A stretch of 62,745 nucleotides of DNA, the filler included, from Collodictyon triciliatum (taxonomy: Eukaryota), in the NCBI GenBank assembly GCA_043381765.1. It is 10 parts of 10 records of this genome, joined end to end, with 100 filler letters (N's around TTAATTAATTAA, not from the genome) between each part and the next. Parts side by side here need not be neighbours in the genome. Positions count along the whole stretch, not along the records: positions 37,233 to 44,575 come from JBHJMP010003946.1; positions 44,676 to 52,016 come from JBHJMP010003947.1; 8 more parts are not named here. The stretch is one strand, 5' to 3'. The notes beneath the pieces were generated by a model that saw nothing but the letters and a program-made list of their open reading frames with translations, was not told the DNA's origin and made no database searches. This document shows positions 38,419 through 49,900 of this stretch, one piece after another. Position 1 is the first letter of the stretch. Every line of letters starts with the position of its first letter. The position numbers and the translations under genes were made by a program.

Positions 38419-40373
38419 AACTGGCATACTCTTTGGGTGCCGCATCGGGTGTCCGTCACTAATCGAACAACTATCGCATCCCACCCTGAGGGAAGGAATC
38501 TGGTTATCTCATCGGAGAAAACCCCATATAATCGTATTTCTGTCCTAAAATGGACCCCAAGTCATTCTCTATTTCGATAATCATATTACATTAGAGCCAT
38601 CCTCGCTGGGGAGACCGTTGTATAAGAGCTTCATAAAACCCACTTTATGAACAAAGATAAATAATATACAAAATGAGTAGTCTGTCTTAAGGGACAAATA
38701 AAATCAATCCAGTAACTCGTACCTAAGGCACCTCAACTTTTTTTTCCATATAAGATTCTTTCGAAGGCTGATAATTTCTTCAACACTGGAGATTTCATGC
38801 AAGTACACACAATCTTTCGCTTAACAGTCCTTTTAATGATATACTTAAACACTACATTTCTTGGGACAGTTCTTTCACCGGTAGCTCTTGGATCGAGGTT
38901 TATCCTACGATTACTCACCTTCGAATAAAGGGGGAAAAAATGATTACTTTCCTTTCTTTCCTCATAGTATTCTAGATATCAGCCCACTGATTTGATAGAA
39001 AACAAATCCCCTTACGTTTCGTTGCGACCAACCGCGACGAAAGTACAGTCCCTTTCGAATACACTAGTTCCGCTCTATAGAAATCCATCTCCCTCTATTG
39101 TTTACTGCATGTAGGCATTGTGGTTACACTTCAGGTGTAACATACTGGTAAAACACAGCAGAACCGACCGCAAAGCCAATTGATAAAAGACTGACTCAAA
39201 GTATCGCACTTAAACTTTACTTTCCTATGTATACACTAAGCGTGTAAAGATCAATTATATATTTGAGCTGCTTGTATAGATTTAGGACAAAAAAATACTA
39301 ATTTTTAAATTCCAAAAATCGACCATTTTCGTCATTTCGAGACGCAATTATATTATTCCAGAATAGAGCAGCTCTTCTGGAAAATGTCTGTATTAAGGCA
39401 ATCGACGACATTCCCAATCCGACATCGGCCGATTTGTGGGGCGTGGCTTTCGTTACCCTGGTGCGGGCTTCGCTTAATTTTCATCCTGCCAGGACATTTG
39501 CAGAGTTGCCCGATCGCAATCGATCAAAAACGCATTTTGGCTTCGACTCGCACCATTTGCTCGAGTGTTTTGGAGCCTTTTTCTTCTTTTTATTTTGTAA
39601 TTCACAAATGCTTAAGTGATATATTTGATCAGATCTAAGCAAAGCAAAGCAAAGCAAAGCAGATCAGATCAGATCAAAGCAGATAAAATCGAATCAAGTT
39701 ATTGGAGCCCAACCTTTCTTGACTGTTGCGATCACTCGACGAACAATCTAACCTTGGGTTGAGTGTCTACAGCAACGATCTTTCCTGCTAACATTCGCCA
39801 AGCTCAACTACTTTTCGCTTTCATTGAAGTGGCCGGCGACTTATCGCCTCTTCTCATTATACTTAAAGCTCGGTTATCATAAAATCCCTCTATTCTTCCC
39901 TCAAAAAAAAATTGAAAAAAAGGAAGAGAAACAACTCAAAAAAAAAACACTTATTTGCCTCTTGCCAAGGCAGCAGTTACCGACCCGTCTCATGAAACAA
40001 ATATAGAGATACTCAAAGATATCACGATCAGACAGAAGCTAAGCTTTCGAAGTCCGATCATTATTATCTCTATTTTCTTTGGACTCATTCGATAATAGTC
40101 GGACTGAAAATCATGATCCGCCCTTTGATAAACACTCAACACCACTATCTCAGTCTTTTTAAGTGATCTTCATTTCCTTCATAAGTTTTTTCTTCTTTAC
40201 CAATACAAATCACAGTGTGACTTGAGTTGTTTGTGCTTACCTTTGTTTGCCTTACCTTACCTTTTTTTTTTTGTCTACCTCTCGTTGATATAAAACCGAT
40301 CTGCGCACAGAAGTCACCATTCACTGAACCACCTCGCCACCATCGACGACTTTGGTGTCGCTCCGATCCCTTC

Positions 40374-42847
40374 ATGAGGGTCAAGTCGATCCCCAAGGCC
40401 TCTAGCCAAGCTGTTGTTGGAGCGCCCCCCACAATATTCCCACTTCGCCTACACAGGAGCCAGTTCTCAACTCCAAACGCCTCCTCTGGCGACAGCCCGC
40501 TGTTCTCTTCTGCAAACGGAATGACGCATAACAGTGTCGATCGGAATGACACTGGGCCCACTCCAAACAATAGGCCGAATAGACCCTTAGCGTCCGAGGC
40601 GTGTAGCGATCTACCCTCACTAACAACCTCGGCGAACCTCCTCTTCAATCTGTTCAAAGGAACAGACAAGATTCACCCCAGCGAATCCCCGCAACTACCG
40701 TCTAGCCGATCGTCCCCGTCTGGACAACTTCTTGAAGACCACTCGGCCTCTGTTCCAACACATACACCTTCTGACTACCCGCGCACATTCCTTAACTTGC
40801 TTCCAGACTTCCGCTTTGTATTCCAGCTTCAGATCGATGCTCCGGTACAAGGAAATAGCGCATATACCCAAGCGGTCAAACCAGTAACTGAGCCCTCCAA
40901 TGTTCGACCTATACCGCATATTCCTACAAAACCAAGCACATCATCTCAGGATACGGTGGTAACGAAAAAGCCAAAGCAAAAGAGCCTGGAATACGCAGTC
41001 GCATCATCAGACAATTGCGCTTGTTCTCTGTGTGCTCGTGGTGTCCCCAATGGATATGAAGCTAATATGTAAGACATTTCTTCCCCCTTCTCATCTCCTA
41101 GCATATGATAATCTTTTCACATTCATATTATGAAGGAATAATGCATTTTATAACCCAGTGAAGGAAAAGTTGAGATTTAACAGATTTATTCCCAACCTCC
41201 TCAAAAACATCACGCTAATGGTTTCCTTTCCATTTGCACTCAGCGGAAATGCCCTCCAAGTTATCATGTGGGTTTTATCAGAGCTTAGACTGATCGATCT
41301 GACACGGAATTGCTCCACCGCGTCTTACCACAGCATTAAGAAGGATATCTTACCGTTTCTCAAAAAGCATGCTGGAGTGCTCCTAGGAGGCATCGCAAAA
41401 TTACCGGACTCATTATTCAAGACCTGCATCAAGATAATGACACGGAATTCCAACCTTTTTATGAACTTCGAGAGATACCCCACGGGTGAGTCCATTATCA
41501 CTCACTCCAATTCCAATATAAATAAAACAAATATTTAAACTGAGAATTAGAAAAAAGAAGAAAAAAAGAAGAAAAAAAGAAGAAAAAAAGAAGAAAAAAA
41601 GAAGAAAAAAAGAAGAAAAAAAGAAGAAAAAAAGAAGAAAAAAAGAAGAAAAAAAGAAGAGAAAACATACTCATCATTTCTTATCATCAAAGTACATCCT
41701 TAACCACTCACCATCGAGTGCAACAGCACAAGCATTACTTGACTGCAACATACGATCCACAGGCAAAGTCTCCCCTAACGACCAGCTCTGGAAGCTCAAG
41801 CCAAGCATCAACCCATACGAGATGTTCACCAGCGCGGTCGTGCCACACGAACCAACCCTTTCGCCCATCACAAAGCCAGCCAAGGCGAGCTTACCCGACG
41901 CCAAAAAGCGGCCACTTTCACCCGCACAAGTCTTTCCAACCACAGAGCCGCAGCCGCAGCCGCAGCCACCACCATCGCCACTGCTGCTACCACCCACTCC
42001 GTTTCCCACCACGATAGTCATTCCACGCCCAAAGTCGATGCGCACCGAGCCGCCTGCATTGTCCCTTGGCAACTTATCTGCACCAGAGACAGCAACCATG
42101 GGCGCACAGGAAGCTATGGGCACCCCGCACAAAAGGGCAGAGCAGACCACCACACACATCAAGATTCGACTGACTCCGCGGCCGCACCCGGCCGTGGCTG
42201 AGAGTGCCGCAACGCTAGGGCAGAACGGCCCGGTGCATCACAGATGTAAGACACCCCCGGCAGAGTCGGCACCGTCAACAGACATCGCACCCGCAGAGGC
42301 CCTGCCTGCATCTGCCCTCGAGCGTAGCGACAACAGCGGCAGCGACTCATCACTTGACCTGTCTGCATGGTCGGCCCGCGTGGGAGACCGCCGGTGCGGA
42401 CACTGCAACACGGGCAACACGGTGCTGTGGCGGCAGGGGCCTGACGGCAAAGGGACGCTGTGCAATGCCTGCGGCGTCCGGTGGAAGCGCGGCATCATCA
42501 AGGTCACCTCAAAGAGGTTTGTGCCCATGACTTTTGCCCACGACGCGCCCACCGGCCTGAGCAGAAACAAGGACTTTGCCGACGGACTCGCAGATGCGGC
42601 CCATTATGCTGCACGCAGGCATGGAAGTGTCCACGGTCGGCTCTTGGCAGGTGTGGGTGCAGATGCAGATGAGGATTTGGATGATATTGATGATGAGGAC
42701 GAGCTGTGCGATGAGGAGGATGGGCTGTGTGATGAAGAGGATGACGAGGAAATTGACATCACCGTCAGCCAGGACGAGAAGGACTCCGACGAGCAAGACG
42801 AGCTGCTGGAGACAAACGAGGCGGCTCCAGACTTTTCTCCTGCATAG
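40374..42847 (+). CDS. GATA zinc-finger transcription factor (C-X2-C-X18-C-X2-C) with an upstream Cys/winged-helix-like domain and acidic tail, 3 exons
   Basis: CGHCNTGNTVLWRQGPDGKGTLCNACGVRWKR. Upstream exons splice in phase: CACSLCARG...|GNALQVIMWVL...KKDILPFLKKH...NLFMNFERYPT|GKVSPNDQLWKLKPSINPY. D/E-rich C-terminus; the start codon is tentative. Confidence 0.85.
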
Positions 42848-43903
42848 CACCGGGCAAAGAAAGGGACGGGAAGGCAAGACAAGGGAAAGGAAAACGAAAG
42901 AAAACGCAAACATCATTGCCCACTCACCCACCCAACCAACCGCACAACTGCGTGTACATCACACATGCCTTTGCTGTGAAAACACCTTTCTCCTTGATGC
43001 TTGCCTTTCTTTTTCTTTTTACATCGCCCCCTTTCTCATCCTCTCGAGGCAACTCTGTCCGATGGCCCTTCCTCTTTCTTTTCCCCCTCATCCCCTTTCA
43101 ACCCCCATCTCCTCCTCCTTCCACCGCCCGTCAATCCAGGCCTCGCCCACTCCGCCAAAAAGATACCGCACTACTGGCAGAGAAGAGGCTTGCAGGTGAG
43201 TTCTCTCTCCCTTACATTTCCTTTCCTTTTTTTCTGTTTTTGTTCTTGTTTTGTTATTGGATTGCCCATATCGCTGTATGTAACACCCAGTCGGCTATCT
43301 GCACGCACCTCGGTTAGCAGGGAATCTGGTCAGCCAATAACCCAGCAAAATCAACCAGCAAGAAAACAAAAAACAAAAAACAAAAAACAAAAAACAAAAA
43401 ACAAGAGACGAACGACAAACAACAAACGCAAGAAAGCCCTCCGCGGCCACGGACAGACAGCTCCGCTTAATCAACTTCCAATCTCAACATCCATCAGTCT
43501 GACTCCATCGCAACGGGTTGTGGCAGACTGCGGCTTCTTTGTATGATATTTATTCACACCCACCGCCAAAAACCAACACCAGCATCTACCTCACCACTCG
43601 CCCGAAGCACTCTTTTTTTTTTTTTTGCAAGCCCGTTTCTCTTGTAGCCTGTGCCCTCCTCTCCTCCCCTTTCTCGCTTTCGCAAACAGCATAGTCCTTG
43701 AATAAACATCGACGCTCCATCATCAATTGCCATCACCAAAGTGCACACAGAATATGCAAAAAAATAAAATAAAAAAAAATAAAAATAGTAATAATAATAA
43801 AAAAAAAAGAAAGGCAATCTAGATCGCGTGTGGAGCCGGGAGTTGCGAGGATTCATTAGTACAAACAGGGCGTGGGATATGGAAACAGAGCGTGGCCAGG
43901 CGA

Positions 43904-44463
43904 TCACTTGAAGTTCTTGTGCGGGGCAAGTGCATTGTGGAGACGCAGGCGATTTCCTGGCAGAGGCGGCCCACGCTTGCTTGCAGGAGATATGCGCACA
44001 GGAATAACCGGGAGCAGCGGCACCTTGTGCTCCAGCTTCTAAGGCGGAGTGTCAGAAAAGACCGAGAAATAATAAAAGAAAAAAAATGAAGACCGAAAAT
44101 GACAGGGAATAGTTCACCTCTGGGTCGGTTGGGTACATCTTTCTGCCCGGGTCGTTTTCTGGGTCTGGTTGGTGGAAAAAGGATTGGTGAATAAATGAAT
44201 AAATAAATGAAAATTAATAAATAATCGCTAGAAAATCCTTGATGCGGCCTGGCGTTTACCCCGAAAATCACGAACATTCTTGCGGGCGTAGTGGGAGGGA
44301 GAAGACTCAGCCTTGCGGACAGACGCATGACTGGAAACCCCGCCTGCCGAACCACCGCCACCGCCACCACCCCCTCCGCCTCCACCTGCTGCTGCGATGC
44401 CCATCCGGAGCGCTGCGTTCATTCCTGGCATGATGGGTTTCCCGTCGAGCGAGTCCTTCTCGG
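43904..44463 (-). CDS. 3' exons of a hypothetical gene (poly-Gly containing)
   Basis: Acceptor ctcatag then ...AAAGGGGGGGGGGGGSAGG...RKN, donor gttcgt, acceptor ccttag then KLEHKVPLLP...HKNFK*. Phase-compatible and GC-rich; no family recognised. Confidence 0.4.
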
Positions 44464-44510
44464 CTATGAGCAACAATAGAGGAAAATGTAAGAAAAAAAA
44501 GAAAAAAAAG

Positions 44511-44575
<65 letters not shown>

Positions 44576-44675
44576 NNNNNNNNNNNNNNNNNNNNNNNNN
44601 NNNNNNNNNNNNNNNNNNNTTAATTAATTAANNNNNNNNNNNNNNNNNNNNNNNNNNNNNNNNNNNNNNNNNNNN

Positions 44676-45156
44676 ACTCAGCGCGTCTGACATCCTGTTT
44701 GGCCCACAATACCAAATGACCCACGACTCTAGAATACTCTGGACAGTCACAAGGGAACATATGCTGTGGTCCTTATGGAGTGTGCGTGCATTCTCTCGCT
44801 CCATTGATTCACCCGAACGAGAAATTAATGTACCGAGGCTTGATAGCCTCATGCAATACAGCTTCCTGAACAGCCTGCTGAAACACGCCTGCATTCTTCG
44901 CTACTCTGACCGCAAGCGAAGAGAGATGTGGGAATGTGTCGTGCGATATCTCCCACAGCATATCCAACCCTGCTACCCACGCAACCAATCAGCCAGTTGG
45001 GATGCCCACCTGACCAGCTCGCTATCACTGATTTCTTTCCAGTGCTACCCTCTCCATGGTAGTGTCTTCTCCTACTCACATTTGCTCTCTACTACGTGTA
45101 CCAATCTCGCCCCTTTGTATGGCATATCCTCGCTACACTTTGAATCGAACAAATGA
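44676..45156 (+). mobile_element. 3' end of non-LTR retrotransposon ORF2 (remnant)
   Basis: ILFGPQYQ...LWTVTREHMLWSL...LDSLMQYSFLNSLLKH...YSDRKRREMW aligns by eye with the post-zf-RVT region of the element at 59869-60559. Confidence 0.65.
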
Positions 45157-46983
45157 AAAAAACATCTTACAAAGCACTGTATGGTGAGGAATTAGCCTAT
45201 GCTTCCTTGTGTAGGTCATCTTAGACTTGCACGAAAACTGTGGGTTTTAAACGCAGGTTTTTGAATTATGAGGGCTGAGCCCAACCGGGAGCCGTTTAAA
45301 GGGTTGCTTTGAACACCAAATCACTAATTTCCAGAGTTGCTTTTGAATTATTCTACGAACATGGATGAGTCGGAGAGTAGAAAAAAATGTCAGTTGCTTG
45401 CCACATCCCACCCCCCAAGCCAGAAACTTACTAGGGTAGGCAGCACAGGGTGCTAGAAGGCCATAACACTATGCAGGTGGAAAGGCGTGGTATCATTGTA
45501 TTTTTTTCTTCCATTCGATCTGTGCGAGATGATGGGGATTTTGGCTTTGCATGAATCCTTTGATATTTAAAAGGAACGTGCTTGTATGAGAAGAGTTCGA
45601 TCATGATCTCTTGCATTTTTTTTTCGCCCAGCTGTTGTTGCAGCAAGGTTGAAAGTTGATAAACATTTATTGGGCTTTTATACAATTGCACCATATTTGA
45701 CCATATATGTCTGTGGGGAGCTTCATAAAATACTGATTAAATAGTTGGCAAAATATTCCCTATCATATTATAACTATATAATAAACAATCATAGATAACA
45801 AAAACCTTCGGCATAATTCACACCCGTTCTCTTCCTCTCATACTTTTTTTTTTAAAAAAAGAAGCAATCTTTCTGAAGTATGATTAGCACAGAAGGACAT
45901 TCAAACTGAAAAAGTAGCATATTTTGCGAATATCCAGTAAAAAAATGATGCGAGGTAACCCGATATTATCGTTGGTGAATTCATTTTAGATATATGAATT
46001 CGATTTGCTATTACTTGTTCTATATAATTCAAGCCATAAGAAGGCACATAGTGTATGTTGAGTGAATGTATAAAAAAAGGATAAATGCTGATGCTTCTTC
46101 AATTAGTCACAATCAAAGCACACCCGAACGGGGTCGATAACATAATTTCATATATATATGCAGTCTCTATTTCTAGTATTGTACCTCTCAATATTGTTCA
46201 ATATTTTTTATCTGACAAGGAAAAGATCTATATAGGCAGTATTTTCTTCCTACCCTATGAAAATGCAAAACTTTGACTGAGCGAGGGATTATTTTGAAGA
46301 TAAATTCTCTTACTTATCAATTTAATTCGAGCCCTTCGATCAATACACCCCAAAAAAATTTCTTAATGAAGATGATTTATAGCATTTAATTCTAAACCTA
46401 GCCTTATTTTGATAGACTCTTCTTTCTATTCATGGTCAAATTAATAATAATTTTTTTCTCACGCCACATGGTTCCTTATTCTGTAATGACATTCACTTTT
46501 AATTTTGGTATCAATAATCAATATGAAAGCATTTCGAGTGTTGATGAAAATGAATTACTGAAATAACAAAACTAATAGAATGATAGTGGGAAATTTAAAT
46601 TAAACCTTATAACAGTCATTTCTAATATCTTACAAACGAATCAAAATAGTTGCTCAGTTTTTTCCCCTTTATTCGAAAATAGTTGCTAAGTTAATCTAAT
46701 AATTAATCGAAATTCATGATGATTTTGAAAAGGTTAACTTCTTAGGCTGTTTCCATTTTTAATTTTATTCAATTGGCTAAACCTATAATAATATTGGGAT
46801 AGTTTGTCGCATAAAGTAATTTGATTTCTAACACTGATCTATTGATTAGATATTTTTGAATGAAATCGAATTCTCAAATGAAAATCATAGCAGCCACTGG
46901 TATACTCACATCCCATTCTTATTTTATGCATGGCATACATTTTTTTGGCTTAATGCGATCATGTTGCTATAATAAGAGTAAAT

Positions 46984-49900
46984 ATGTACCATATAATAGG
47001 TTTTTTTTCTTTTTGTTGTTTTTTATCATGTTATTGCCAAGTATCCTCGATTTACACATGCGGGATTGGCCATACTAATTGGATTCGTGCTGTTGCTGTT
47101 ACTTATGATTCATCAAAAATTATTACTGGAAGTTTCGACAATAAAATTAAGATTTGGAATCTAAATGATGGAAGTTTGATTCGAACACTTATTGGTCATA
47201 CAAACGAAGTATGGAGTCTTGCACTTCCTATTGATAAACCCCTAATTTTATCTGGAAGCATGGATAATACAATCAATATTTGGAATCTTGATGATGGAAG
47301 TTTGATTCGCACATTAACAGGGCACACTTCCGTCGTTGTCTGTATCACTGTAATGCGTGAAAGTTTGAAAGTAATCTCTGGAAGCACTGATTGTTCTATC
47401 AAAATATGGGATATATCTGACGGAAAATTAATTCGTACATTCAGTGGCCATACTGGTCAAGTTAATGGAGTTTATGTGACCTATGACGATACACGAATTA
47501 TATCTGGAAGTTATGATATGACAATCAAAATCTGGAATATTTCAGAGGGAAGTTTAGTTCAAACACTGACAGGACATAGTCTTTCTGTCAGATGTGTTGC
47601 CATAAACCGTGACGGTTTTATTGTATCGGGAAGTAATGATAAATCCATCAAGGTATGGAACATCACTGATGGAGCTATGATTAGGTCATGGATAGGTCAT
47701 ACTCAATCAATTTGTAGCATAGATTTCCATCCTGATGGGTTATTAATTGTCTCTGCAAGTTACGATAAGACAGTAAAAATATGGAATCTTTCTGACGCGG
47801 CTTTAATAAAGACTTTAGCTGGTCATTCTGGTTGGGTTAATCAAGCTATCATTACGTCTGACGGATCGAGTATAATTTCTGGGAGTGCTGATTGGAGCTC
47901 AAAGTTATGGAGATTCCCTTCTGGAGACCTTATTTACACCTTAATGGGGTCTAAAATCAAAAGTATTTTCAAAAGCGGGACTCATGACATTTTTATAACA
48001 GGGCATATGGACAATAGCATCAGAACATGGAATTCATTGAACGGAAATCCTATTCTTTCAATTTATGGACATCTTGATATAGTCAAAACATTGATATTGA
48101 AGAATAACGAACCGCTCATTATATCAGGAAGTGTCGATACTACTATAAAAATATGGAACATCGATAATGGAACGTTAGTTCAATTATTTCAAGTACACTC
48201 AGCTTCAGTAAATTGTATCCTTATCTCTGCAGATGAAAAAAAAATTATATCTGGAAGTAGCGATAAAACAATCAAAATTACAAGTATTTCAGATGGAGCT
48301 GTAACTCGTACGTTAACTGGGCACACTGGAATTGTAACGAGCCTTGCTTTAACTCCCGATAATTCAAAAATTGTGTCCGGAAGTTCAGACAAAACAATCA
48401 AAGTTTGGAATATTTTTGATGGAACATTAGTCCAAGAAATAAAAATTCACACTGATTCTGTAAATTCTGTTGCCATAACTTCAGATGGAACGATAATTGT
48501 TTCTGGAAGCAGTGATAAAACAATCAAAATAACCAACATTTCAGATGGAAATATAATTCGCACACTCAATGGGCACACTGGAATCGTCAATACAGTTTCA
48601 ATATCTCCTGATGACTCGAAGATTATTTCTGGGAGCAGTGATAACACAGTTAGAATTTGGAGCTTTTCAAATGGAGTCACAATACATATTCTGAACGAAC
48701 ACGTTGCAGCAATAAATGGAATATCAATTTTCTTAAATGGCTCGAGATTTTTGTCAGGAAGCGATGACACAACAATAAAAATGTGGAGCTTGCCTGATTT
48801 CAGCTTGACTTTGACAGTTTCAGGCCACACAAGTTCGGTTAATAGTGTTTCTTTAAGACCAGATAAAACAAAAATTGTGTCTGGAAGTAGTGATAAGACA
48901 ATTAATATTTGGAATTATGCTGATGGTTCTCTATCGCTATCGATAAGTGCCCATTCGAACGCCGTGAATAGTGTAGTTGTTTCGGCTGATGGAACAAAAA
49001 TCGTATCAGGAAGCAGTGACCAGACAATTAAAATGTGGAATCTTTCTGATGGTTTACTATTGAAAACATTTAATGGTCACACTGCAGCTGTTCGAAGCGT
49101 CGCAATATCATCATATAATTCGGTTATGGTATCAGGAAGTGATGACATGACTTTAAATGTTTGGAAAGTTTCAGATGGAACTTTAATAAGAACCTTATAT
49201 GGACATACGAAAGCAGTGAATTCTGTTTTTATTACGCCTGATAATGTCAGAATTATATCAGGCAGTGCTGATTTTTCAATAAAATTATGGAATTCGTCAG
49301 ATGGAGTATTGATAAGAACCATAACTGGCCACGGAAACGCCGTAAGATGCGTTATTACATCTCCAGATGACACGAAAATAATATCTGGAAGCAGCGATAA
49401 CACAATCAAGATTTGGAATATATCAGATGGCGTGTTAATTCGAACCCTTATTGGACACAAAAGTTCAGTAAATAGCATTTCGATATCACCTGATGGAACT
49501 AAATTATATTCTGGAAGCAGTGATAATTCAGTCAAAATATGGACAATATCAGATGGAAGAGAAATCAGAACACTTTTGAGTCATACCAGTTCAGTCAATA
49601 GTGTTTTTGCTACACCTGACTCTAAAATAATTTCAGCAAGCACAGACGCATTCATCAAAGTCTGGAGTCCATGCCAAGGAGGATACTTTTTCAATCAACA
49701 ATCAAATACATGCGATAGATGTCCAACTGGCTCTTACAATAACGGAAACGAGCTCACCTCTTGTTTAAAATGTCCAACTGGAACTTATAATCCATCAACT
49801 GGCTCCACAAGCCTCAAAGATTGTCTTCCGTGTGAAGAAGGAACATTCAATAATCTTTTGGGCCAATCAATATGCAAAAAATGCGAAGCTGGGACGTTTA

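Noticed and set aside
45160-45700. Possible tRNA/ncRNA or second transposon ORF downstream of the LINE remnant
   Set aside because: No cloverleaf or A/B box was found by eye, and the 87-aa minus-strand ORF has no recognisable motif.
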